Below are positions 37,682 to 48,023 of a DNA stretch of 64,000 bases, piece after piece (position 1 is the stretch's first letter; each line of letters begins with the position of its first letter). Where the stretch lies: assembly GCA_001600695.1 (NCBI GenBank), contig BCKQ01000003.1, positions 291,849 to 355,848 of the forward strand. The letters run 5' to 3'. The notes below the pieces were generated by a model. That model saw nothing but the letters and a program-made list of their open reading frames with translations, had not been told where the DNA came from and searched no databases. The stretch comes from Ascoidea asiatica JCM 7603. Lineage: Eukaryota > Fungi > Ascomycota. Made by a program: the position numbers and the translations under genes.

Positions 37682-38389
37682 ATGGCACAAGCAACAGTAA
37701 GTTCAGATTATGGTTCAATAGCCACTCAAGAACCAATTGAACATCGTTTTAATCCATATTCTGATAATGGTGGTACTATTTTAGGTATAGCAGGTGAAGA
37801 TTTTGCAGTTTTAGCTGGTGATACTCGTCATACAACTGATTATTCAATTAATTCAAGATATGAACCAAAAATTAAAAATGTTGGTGATGATCTTTTAATA
37901 TCTGCAAATGGATTTTCTGCAGATGGTAATGCATTAATTGAAAGCTTTCAAAGAAATTTACAATGGTATCATTTTAATAATAATGATGAAAAATTAAAAA
38001 TTGGTTCTGCAGCAAGATTAGTTCAACATTTATTATATGGTAAAAGATTTTTTCCATATTATGTTAGTACAATAATTGCAGGAATTGATGAAAATGGTAA
38101 AGGTGCAGTTTATTCTTTTGATCCAGTTGGTTCATATGAAAAAGAACAATGTAGAGTTGCAGGTTCTGCAAGTAGTTTAATTATGCCATTTTTAGATAAT
38201 CAAGTTAATTTTAAAAATCAAGCAAATAAAGAAGTTAAATATTTAAATTTAGATGAAGTTTTAGCTTTAGTTAGAGATTCATTTTCTTCTGCAACTGAAA
38301 GACATATTCATGTTGGTGATTTTTTAGAAATTTTAATTGTTACCAAAGATGGTGTTAAAAAAGAATTATTTCCATTAAAAAGAGATTAA
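37682..38389 (+). CDS. PRE7: 20S proteasome beta-6 subunit
   Basis: FNPYSDNGGTILGIAGEDFAVLAGDTR; LYGKRFFPYY; PFLDNQV; C-terminal LKRD. Confidence 0.97.
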   Translation: MAQATVSSDYGSIATQEPIEHRFNPYSDNGGTILGIAGEDFAVLAGDTRHTTDYSINSRYEPKIKNVGDDLLISANGFSADGNALIESFQRNLQWYHFNNNDEKLKIGSAARLVQHLLYGKRFFPYYVSTIIAGIDENGKGAVYSFDPVGSYEKEQCRVAGSASSLIMPFLDNQVNFKNQANKEVKYLNLDEVLALVRDSFSSATERHIHVGDFLEILIVTKDGVKKELFPLKRD

Positions 38390-38524
38390 TTTCACCTTAT
38401 ATATATATACTGTATATGTAATTATAGTAATTTTATTATATATCATTTATTTATTTATCTATTTCTTTACTTCTTTATTTATTTATCTATGTATTTGCTT
38501 TGAACTAATAATAAGAGTAATAAA

Positions 38525-39169
38525 TTAAACAGGCATTGTAAAATTGTATGCTTTTATTACTTTTTTATAATATACATAAAAGAAATCAGAATAGATCAAA
38601 GTTTGAATTATACCAGCAAATACAGCAATTGAATCAAAATGACCTTCCATATAATATCTCCAAAGCCAATTTGGAATATATAAAGCTCTATATAAACCTA
38701 GAGCAAAAATATAATGAGTTGTTAAAACTTCAGCTTCACCAGTTCTTTGTAATAAAAATAATTGTGGTAAAATTGCAACAGATTCTAACCAAATACTAAA
38801 ACTCCATAAAATTTCTAATAATGAATAATCATAATTAAAAATTAATGAAATAATTATACATGGAATTAATAAATATTCAACTTTAAAATCATCATCTTTT
38901 GGTTGTTGACTTTTGAGATAATTATGTTTAACTATCATTAAATATAAAATATAATTTGAAGATGCAATAAAAAAAATTTTCATTAAAGTATTATAAATTG
39001 ATACAAATCTAAAAAATAAATCTAAATATCTTGTTATGAAAACTAAAGAATATAAAGCTTGAGTTTTGAATGATATACCTGCAATTGATCTTGTATCACG
39101 AATTGATTTGAAAAGTATAAAAATACTAATTAAATGAGATATATCTCCTAAGATTCTAAAAAGATTCAT
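38525..39169 (-). CDS. ERD2: HDEL/KDEL receptor
   Basis: MNLFRILGD; GISFKTQ; LESVAILPQL; YRALYIPNW; YSDFFY. Confidence 0.97.
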   Translation of the reverse strand: MNLFRILGDISHLISIFILFKSIRDTRSIAGISFKTQALYSLVFITRYLDLFFRFVSIYNTLMKIFFIASSNYILYLMIVKHNYLKSQQPKDDDFKVEYLLIPCIIISLIFNYDYSLLEILWSFSIWLESVAILPQLFLLQRTGEAEVLTTHYIFALGLYRALYIPNWLWRYYMEGHFDSIAVFAGIIQTLIYSDFFYVYYKKVIKAYNFTMPV

Positions 39170-40889
39170 TGTTTATTATTGGATATTTGATGTTTTAGTT
39201 TCAGTTTCAGTTTAATTTAATTGAGATTTCAAATTGATTCGATCTTAAAAAATATAATAAAATGAAGTTTATAATTGGGCAATTGCCTTTATATCAATAC
39301 TTAATTGAAAATGATAGATTTATTGAAATTTGTTGAAATAAAGATTTAGTTACACAATAAAATATATTTACTAAAAAAATACGTAAAGTAACTATTTTGT
39401 TTGTTTTGAAAAATGAATTAAATTGAATCGAATTGAAAGAAATGAATTGAGTTTAAGCTGAATGGAATTGAAATGAATTGAATTGAAATGAGAGAAATAA
39501 TAAATTGAAATATTTATTCTTTTCTTTTGATTATTATTATGATTGATGTTTATTTACTAGATAGCTGAGAATTGAATAAATTTGTAGAACCTGAGCATTT
39601 CACCCAGATCAAAGTTCAGCATTGTTAATATTAGTTTATTATCCTGCTAGCTCTGCACAGTTAATTGTTTCACCTTTACACAACTGTTCACTGTTCACTG
39701 TTCACTCTTGTTATTTATTTATTACAAGCAGATTCTGGACAATTGTTAACTTAAACAGTCACGTGGCCAAATTATATCTTTGAAAGGGCCTGGTGCTGCA
39801 CTAGCCACAAAATATTTATATCCGGAATCTGGAATATATATCCGCGGCTTATTTTATTTCCTTGTGCCAGGATTTATTTCCAAACTGCATTTCTTTCCAC
39901 TAGTAACAGCAGTAACAACTGTAATAACAAAATATAATCGATTGATAAAATATATTTTTCAAGAAAGCTTTCTTACTTTCTTAATTAACTTCCTTAATTA
40001 TCTCTATATTTAATTCGGATAAATATAAAATGTAGAACTTAAACAAAGCTTGATTGTTTATTGATTAGAAAAAAGAAAAAGCTTGAATTCCATTGTAGAA
40101 CTGAGATTTGAAATGTAACGTTGACGTTACGTATTATTTAAAATCGTTAGTATGGAATAAATTTTGTTAATGTTACTTTTTGATTCTAGATTATTGATAA
40201 TTAGTGTTCAAATTATTCATTAGTGTTCATTTGTATTCAATTTATTGTTTTGTAAGATAATCTAAACTTGAAAATTTAAAAATTTATCAATGAAATACTT
40301 CAACTTTACAAAAATTATATAGATTTAGAATATTACCTAGGTAATTAATGATTTTAAACTAAAAATTATATATTAACGAAACATTATTAAGTATTCCATA
40401 CCAACAAAAGAGTATTTTAATCAATTTTACAATCGATATATTTAAAAATAACTGCTATTACCTTTGAATGGATTGAACAAAATTAAATTTCAGTACTTCT
40501 GAACATTTCCATTATTAATATTGGTCCCTTTAAAGGCAAATATGTAAATTTCTTTACTCAATTTCTTTTAATAATAGAAAAAAAAAATAGTAAACAAAAT
40601 GAAGGCTTTAATGACATAAAAGAAAATAGATTATGTAATTATTTTTTTAACAAAAAATGTATATATCGGAACAAAATTCACCATATTTAACAATTAAGAT
40701 TATTACTTTTTAATCGTCTTTATTTAATTTTTTCTTTCTTGAATTTTTTTTAATTTTTTTTTGAAATTCATTGCTAAATTTATTATTAAATTTATTTGAA
40801 AAACTCACATTCATTTATTCAGATTCACATTCATTAATAAAAAAAACACATTCGTTTATAAAAGTTCTATTAAATTTTACTATATAAAA

Positions 40890-41405
40890 ATGAATTCAAA
40901 ATTATTTACATTATTATTAGCTACAATAGCTTCAACAGTTACTGCAACAAAATATTATGTTGATTTAGTTATCGAAGCAACCGATTATACTGATATTAAT
41001 AGATATGGAATTGAAGCAATTAAAGAAGGTTCTGATAACCATTATTTTTTTATTCAAAATGCAAATTCAAGTGAAACAACAGAAACTCTTGATTACGATG
41101 AAAAAAAAGGTACGATTTTCACAAATAGTCTTTATGGTTCTGATGAACCTGCTTATTTATCATTTACTGATGATGCAGATGAATCTTTATTACAATTAAG
41201 TACAACTAATTATGATGAATTTTGGTCATTTAATAAAAATGGATTTTTAATGAGAAATGGTACTTTAGAAACTTATTACGCTTGTAAAGATATTGATGAT
41301 CCATATGGCTATTCAGATAGTAGATATGCTATTGTTTTAGAAGATGTAACTGGTGATTGTGAGCCTTTGAAAATTCAAAGATCTGTTGAGATTGTTATGG
41401 AATAA
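40890..41405 (+). CDS. Secreted acidic cell-wall-type protein (Pga29/30/31-Rhd3-like domain)
   Basis: Signal peptide; YACKDIDDPYGYSDSRYAI...DCEPLKI motif; no GPI tail. Confidence 0.7.
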   Translation: MNSKLFTLLLATIASTVTATKYYVDLVIEATDYTDINRYGIEAIKEGSDNHYFFIQNANSSETTETLDYDEKKGTIFTNSLYGSDEPAYLSFTDDADESLLQLSTTNYDEFWSFNKNGFLMRNGTLETYYACKDIDDPYGYSDSRYAIVLEDVTGDCEPLKIQRSVEIVME

Positions 41406-41737
41406 GTGCTATCGTTTGTTAGTTTAATTTTAAATTTTCAATTCTAATCTTTTTTTTTTATTCCTTTCCCTTTTTTTTTTTTTTTCTTAATCTTTGAATA
41501 TACAATATGTATATTCTAGACATCATTAATAGCTCTTTTAGAAATTATATACTAAATTTGTTTTCCTTGAGAAAATATTTCAAAGTACAAATATAAAAAT
41601 CAACAGCCAAATTTTAAGTTTAGTTAACTTTTTATTTATTACCTTTTTGGAAACTAAACCAAAACCTAAACTTTAAAATAATTTTTGAACTTTAGGCCTT
41701 TGACAAACAATCAATAAAAAAAAAAAACATCAAATTA

Positions 41738-41809
41738 TCCGTGATAGTTTAGTGGCTAGAATTACCGCTTGTCGCGTGGTAGACCGGGGTTCAATTCCCC
41801 GTCGCGGAG
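41738..41809 (+). tRNA. tRNA-Asp(GTC)
   Basis: 72-nt cloverleaf TCCGTGATAG...CGCGGAG, anticodon GTC, A/B boxes, oligo-T terminator. Confidence 0.97.
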
Positions 41810-41963
41810 TTTCTTTTTTTTGCATTGTTTTTCTTACTTTTTTTTACTTGATTTTTTTTTATTTAAAGAAAAAAGTTTCTGGTTAAAACTTAAGCTCAAT
41901 AAAACCTTTTCTACATTCCAATTCCGTATTTTTTGGAGTTTTTTTTAAAAAAAAGAACCAAAA

Positions 41964-42035
41964 TCCGTGATAGTTTAGTGGCTAGAATTACCGCTTGTCG
42001 CGTGGTAGACCGGGGTTCAATTCCCCGTCGCGGAG
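41964..42035 (+). tRNA. tRNA-Asp(GTC), identical second copy
   Basis: Same 72 nt as 41738-41809; own oligo-T terminator. Confidence 0.97.
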
Positions 42036-42218
42036 TTCTTTTTTTTTTAGGGCCATGTTGTTTTTTTTTCTTCTTGAATTTGAACTTTTTCTCCCTATTT
42101 TTGGTCCCTTTTTTTCAAGAAAGATTTCATTTTATTTTAAAGTTAAACTTTAACGGCTTTCGGAAAATCTAGAAATAGTTAAACCTAAAATATATTGAAT
42201 TTTTCCCAACATAAAACA

Positions 42219-42289
42219 GCGTAAGTGGTTTAGTGGTAAAATTTAACGTTGCCATCGTTGGGCCCCCGGTTCAATTCTGGGCTTACGCA
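42219..42289 (+). tRNA. tRNA-Gly(GCC)
   Basis: 71-nt GCGTAAG...CTTACGCA, anticodon GCC, GGTTCAATTC B box. Confidence 0.95.
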
Positions 42290-43167
42290 TTTTAATATTT
42301 TTTTTTACATTTCAAATGTAGTCAGCTGACCCTATAAGCTCACGTGACATTTTAAAAGCTTTTGCTTGTATCTGAAGTTTAGTGCATGGAACACAAAACC
42401 TTATTCCAATTCCGGTTTTTGATCTTGCTCTGCGTTACGCAATCCGAGCGGCTGCCTTTTATCCCGTGACTTACTTTAGTTTGCTCAGACGAGTGAGGAA
42501 TTGTGTTTTGATCAGAGAAAGCGCTTAACTGCCCACTTAAAAGTAATGTAAGAGCTTAACTATGAATGCGCTTGGATATCAATTTCAATTTCAATTTCAA
42601 TCTCAGTTTCAGTGCCTGAGAATACAAAAAAAAAAAAAAAAAAGGTCAAAAATCTAAGAAAGATCAAAGATGAGAGATCAGCAAAATAGAAGTTTAATCA
42701 ACTGAAATTGAATAGTTCAAATAATAATTTGAATTAAACTATCATCAAATTTAAAACAATAAAAGAAAGGATATTGGTGAACAGTATAACTGAGATTGAG
42801 ATTATATTTAGATTCCAACTATTCAAATCTTCAAGATTCTTATCTTTTAAGTTGGATTACCTGAAATCAATTAGAATTAACTAAAATCAACTAAAAATCA
42901 ACTAAAATAAATTAGATTATTTAAAATTATTTAGAATTTCATCCTATTTCATATTATTCAAGTCATTTTTATAAACTCGAGTTTCAATAAATACTGAGTT
43001 TATCCCCTTTATTTAATTCTTAACTCATTACTTATTATAACTATATTAAATATTCAAATTATATATATAATATACTGTATATATAAAATAGATATATAAA
43101 ATAGATATATAAAATAGATATATAAAAATAAACACTGAACATACTTTCATTCAATAAATTATTCAAT

Positions 43168-44718
43168 ATGGATTCTTCTTTTCAATCAAATTCAAATGAT
43201 TTATTGAATGATGATTTAACTCCAATTACTTCAAATGATTCAAATAATAATAATAGTTTATATAATGTTAATGATTTTGCTATAATATCTGATTCTGATG
43301 CAAACTCAATCTTATCTCAAAATCTTAATTCAAATAATAAATATAATAAAAAGAATAAAAATAAATCAAATAGTTCAAGAAATAATAGATTTAATAATCA
43401 TAATAATAATACAAATACTAATACAAACGTTAATACAAACGTTAATACTAATATTAATACTAATACAAATGCCAATACCAATACTAATACTAATATAAAT
43501 AATATAAGAAACTCATTATCAAAATCAAGATCTCCTTCATTCTCAAATCATTCTTATAATAACTCATATAATGGTTCTTATAATAATTTCAATTCAAAAA
43601 AATCTTATATAAATCAATCTTATAATCAATTAATCTATTCAGATTCTTCTGATACGAATAATTTCTCAGATTCTTCCACTTCAATATCAATATATAATAA
43701 CATAAAAGATACTAATAATACTAGTACTACCCATCATTTCAAATCAAAAAGTGATAATATAAATCATAACAATACTCATAATATAAGCAATTCAAATTTT
43801 TTAAAAGAAAGAAGAAAGAGTAATTCTTCAATATCTTCTACAAAAAGAAGACATCCAGATTCAAAAAAATTCAAAATTTTCAGAAATTTGCTAATTTTTG
43901 AACAATCTTTTATAAATCAATATAATCAACAAAAATCTCTAAGAAAAAAATATTCTTTGTTTTATTTAATATTGATAATCTCTTCAATTTTAACTTTTTA
44001 TAAATTATTTTCAACTTCAAATAATAATATAATTTTGAATGATTCAAATTCAATTCATTCAAATAATAATATCAATAATAATATCAATGATAATATCATA
44101 AAAAATATAAACTCAATAGTAGATTCCACTACTAATACAAACATAAATACCAATATAAATTCGAATTTGAATTCAAATACAAATTCAAATTCAAATTTAT
44201 TTAATTTATTCTTGAAATTTGTATTGATTTTTCAATTAATTACCATATTCTTATTTCATATATCCGGTGAATATAAAAGATCAATAGTCTTACCAAAAAA
44301 ATTCTTGCTTTATTCAAATAAATCTTTGCGACCATTAAATTTAAGATTAATAAAAATTCCAAAAAGTTTTTTAAATGATAGTTTAATTGATTTTTCTTTA
44401 AATTATATAATTAATTATATTTCAATTTTAATTATTTATTTAATTGAAAATTTGCTACCTTTCAAAAATTTTTTATTATTTAAATTAAATTTATTTTTTT
44501 TAAAAGATATTTTAGTTTTTTTCAAAAAAATTAATTTATCTTGTAATTCAAGAAAAAAATTTAAATTTGAAATTAAACTAATTTTATCTTCAAGAACTTT
44601 TTCAACTAATCTAAGAGAAGAATGGGAATTTTTTAGAAATGAATATATTGCAAGACAAATTATCAAAGATAAACAAAAAATTAATGAATTTACAGTTTTA
44701 AACCCATATGTTATATGA
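43168..44718 (+). CDS. SPO7: Regulatory subunit of the Nem1-Spo7 phosphatase
   Basis: KIFRNLLIFE; FHISGEYKRSIVLPKKF..SNKSLRPLNLRL; FSTNLREEWEFFRNEY. Confidence 0.9.
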   Translation: MDSSFQSNSNDLLNDDLTPITSNDSNNNNSLYNVNDFAIISDSDANSILSQNLNSNNKYNKKNKNKSNSSRNNRFNNHNNNTNTNTNVNTNVNTNINTNTNANTNTNTNINNIRNSLSKSRSPSFSNHSYNNSYNGSYNNFNSKKSYINQSYNQLIYSDSSDTNNFSDSSTSISIYNNIKDTNNTSTTHHFKSKSDNINHNNTHNISNSNFLKERRKSNSSISSTKRRHPDSKKFKIFRNLLIFEQSFINQYNQQKSLRKKYSLFYLILIISSILTFYKLFSTSNNNIILNDSNSIHSNNNINNNINDNIIKNINSIVDSTTNTNINTNINSNLNSNTNSNSNLFNLFLKFVLIFQLITIFLFHISGEYKRSIVLPKKFLLYSNKSLRPLNLRLIKIPKSFLNDSLIDFSLNYIINYISILIIYLIENLLPFKNFLLFKLNLFFLKDILVFFKKINLSCNSRKKFKFEIKLILSSRTFSTNLREEWEFFRNEYIARQIIKDKQKINEFTVLNPYVI

Positions 44719-44779
44719 TATATAAAACTTTTTAAAGTATATAGAATTAATGATTCATAATTTAAATTATTTACAATAT

Positions 44780-46129
44780 TTACATGTATGTATATCCAAG
44801 ATTCATTTCGTCTAATGGCCATTTTCTAATTGGTGATATATTATAATCACTTGGTAATTTAAATTTATTACTTTCCCATAACTCAATACCTGCCCATCCA
44901 ATCATGATTGCATTATCTGTACATAAACTTGGTTCAGTAAAATGAAAGTTCTTTATAGAAATATTCTCTAAATTTTCACTATTATTATTATTTAAATTTT
45001 TTTTTGATTTTTTATTAATTTTTAAAAGTGGAATTGAATTTAATTTAGTTTTTAATAAATCTCTTAAATAGAAATTTGCTCCAACACCTCCAGAACAAAC
45101 AAAATCGTTAACATGTTTTAATTTATCTCTATTTATATTTATCGTAACTGAAATTCTTTCAATTATGTGTTGAAAAATTGATTGTTGAATTTCAAATGCA
45201 ATTTTTCTTTTTATATCGTCTTCAGAAAATTCATTCAAATTCATTTTAATACCATTTGTACAATCGATTTCAAATTTATTTGAATTTCTCTTGATTTCTA
45301 ATTTCTTTAATGAATCAATTAATGAAGTTTCAAAAGAAGCAAAAGAAAAAGAAGTTGTATTTGTTCTACCTTTTTTATTTTGTAAGGGTATTGATAAATT
45401 TAATAAATTAATTGATTTTAATTCTTCAATTATTGGTTTTTCATTAATAAAAGATTCTAGTTCTTTACCTAACATTGTTCCTTTAATACCAATTTCTCTT
45501 GCACATTTATCTAAAGAATCGCCAACTGCAATATCTAAAGTATTTGCTAAAATCTCATGATTTATTAAATCCTTAGATAAAACTAACATTGTATGACCTC
45601 CACTAACTAAAAGACTTAAAAATGGAAAATTTGGTGAAATTCCATTTGTTTTTAATCTTGAAATTAATAAATGCCCTAACATATGATGAACACCAATTAA
45701 AGGTTTATTCCAAGCTATTGATAAAGCTTTTGCAATTTCTAAACCTATAGTTAAAGAACCTGGCATTCCTGGACCTCTTGTTACACAAATTAAATCTGGA
45801 TAATTTTCTGAATTTTTATTTAAATCATATTTTAAACATAATTTTGATACTAATGGAGCAATATTTTGCTGATGATGATTATGAGCTTTTGTGGGTACAA
45901 TCCCTCCATCAACTTTTGAATCTAAAGTAGCTTTTAATTGTTCAATTACTTTTGGCGGTTTTGATTTATCAAATCTATCGATTAGTGCAACACATGAATC
46001 ATCACAAGATGATTCTATAGCTAAAACTTTATAATTTCTTTTAAAATAAAATTGATTTTTACTCCATATTCTTGAGAATTTTTTAAATCCAATAAAAAAG
46101 CTTTCGCTTTCTTTACGAATATAATTCAT
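44780..46129 (-). CDS. QRI7: Mitochondrial tRNA N6-threonylcarbamoyltransferase (Kae1/TsaD family)
   Basis: VLAIESSCDDSCVA; TRGPGM; HHMLGH; LLVSGGHT; SGGV; CTDNAIMIGWAG. Confidence 0.95.
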   Translation of the reverse strand: MNYIRKESESFFIGFKKFSRIWSKNQFYFKRNYKVLAIESSCDDSCVALIDRFDKSKPPKVIEQLKATLDSKVDGGIVPTKAHNHHQQNIAPLVSKLCLKYDLNKNSENYPDLICVTRGPGMPGSLTIGLEIAKALSIAWNKPLIGVHHMLGHLLISRLKTNGISPNFPFLSLLVSGGHTMLVLSKDLINHEILANTLDIAVGDSLDKCAREIGIKGTMLGKELESFINEKPIIEELKSINLLNLSIPLQNKKGRTNTTSFSFASFETSLIDSLKKLEIKRNSNKFEIDCTNGIKMNLNEFSEDDIKRKIAFEIQQSIFQHIIERISVTININRDKLKHVNDFVCSGGVGANFYLRDLLKTKLNSIPLLKINKKSKKNLNNNNSENLENISIKNFHFTEPSLCTDNAIMIGWAGIELWESNKFKLPSDYNISPIRKWPLDEMNLGYTYM

Positions 46130-46441
46130 TTACAAATCTGTTTTTGCTTATAATTCTTTTCTTTTCATTTGCTTTCTTTAGAAAATAATAAGCATTTCAA
46201 ATAGAATTCGATCAAAAAATCCTTTATTTTGAAATTATTTTTATTAAAATATTTGGAAAATATTATCTCCGCTTTTAATTGAATATGGAAATACGAGTTG
46301 AAGGGATTATTTCCGCAATTTCATTGATCCCATGAAATTGGTCTCTAATAGAATATCATAGAAAATGATGCTTAAATATTAATTTATTCAAATTTATACT
46401 GTATTTATTTATTTGTATATGAGATTTGATAATTATAAGGT

Positions 46442-47343
46442 TCATAATTCACTTAATCTATCATCTATTTCTTTTGAAGATAATTTTTTATATCTTGGCC
46501 CAGATACACCATCAGCACCTTTGAAACCTAAAGAATCTTGATCAGGATCACTGATTACAGCTATTTCAATTGTATTTCCATTCATTTCACCTTCAATAGT
46601 TTCTTTTAGAGTTAATAAAGCAATATGTATAGCATCTTCTATTTCTAATTCATCATTATATCTTTTTTCTAAAAAAGTTTTAGCACTATTTGCATTTTTA
46701 CCAATTGCAGTTGCTTTCCATGGGAAAAAAGAACCAGAAGGATCAACTTGATATAAATTAAAACCAGTTTTTTTAATATCATCAAGATCATTTGAATTTG
46801 AAGCATCATCATAACCTGCAACTAATAAAGAAACACCATATGGTCTAACACCACCAGATTGAGTTGCTTCTTGCATCGTTTTTGCAATATCTGAAGTTAA
46901 AATTTTAACAGGAGGATATTGATTATAAATTCTTTTATAATTTGTATGAGCTAATTTTCTTGATTTATCAACTAAAATTCTAAAATCTGGAGACATTCCA
47001 GCATAAGTTACACCAATATCAGGAGTTAAAAGTTCAACTTTTGAAAATGAATCTAATTTTATTAATGATGAAGTTGATTTTTTTTCAGTTGCTAAAACTA
47101 CACCATTTGTAGCTTTAATTCCTAAGGCAATAACACCTTGTTTTACTGCATTTAAAGCATATTCAATTTGTACTAATTTTCCACTAAATAGGAAATCAAA
47201 AGGGAATTAAATAAAATGAATGATTAAGTAATGTTAGAAAAACAGTAATTTAACAAAAATAAAGAAACCAACCAAATAAGATGAAAAATTGAAACATACC
47301 TTGGAGAAAATGTTGTCAACGAAAACGAATAACGATCAGCCAT
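46442..47343 (-). CDS. PRE8: 20S proteasome alpha-2 subunit; join(47300..47343,46442..47183)
   Basis: Splicing intron 47299-47184 (GTATGT..TTCTAAC..TAG) gives [25 protein letters not shown]; also ATQSGGVRPYGVSLL. Confidence 0.96.
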
Positions 47344-47487
47344 TGTATAATAGTAGTAATATGATTTGGTAATTTAATTGATCCTATAGCTTCTGTTGGA
47401 TTAGATGAAGCTGCTCTTGATTCTGATTCAGAAGTGTTTCTTTTACTTTCTTCACTTCCAACTGCAACTGCAACTGCAACTTCGTTC

Positions 47488-47495
47488 TTGCCACT
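47488..47495 (-). promoter_or_regulatory. PACE-like Rpn4 site AGTGGCAA upstream of PRE8
   Basis: TTGCCACT about 145 bp upstream of the ATG. Confidence 0.65.
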
Positions 47496-48023
47496 ATTCT
47501 TTCGGAGTGCTGATTTCGCAGTGCTGATTATTGATAATACTATCATATTTTATCACGTGCACTACTCCCGTTGGATTGGCGTTCGTCGGGAAAAGCACAA
47601 AGCAAAAATACTTCAAAACCACCGAAAAAAGGCTAAAAAAAGACCAAAAAGACCAAAAAGATAAAAACATTAAAAAAATAACAAAAAATTAGAAAAACCT
47701 AAAACATTTTATACAAAATAATGATGAGAAGAAGAAGATTATCAGTACTTCAAACTCGTAATCAAATAAAAATAATAATCTAACCTGATTTATCATCCTA
47801 TTGATATTCCATTATCAATTTAAGTTATTCAAAGTAGCCTACTTAATTTTATTGGAGTTAAATGTTCTTACAAGGATTAAAAATCAAAGATAAATTAAAC
47901 AACTATATATTAATTAGACTCAGATAACCAATTATATAAAAGCTAGTGATTATTGCTTCAAATACTATAAGCATTATCCTTAATAATAATCATTTTAATA
48001 AATATATTTTATAGTTTATCAAG

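Noticed and set aside
42440-42470. GCCTTTTAT resembling U5 snRNA loop I
   Set aside because: Not the invariant GCCTTTTAC; no extended closing stem or Sm site.
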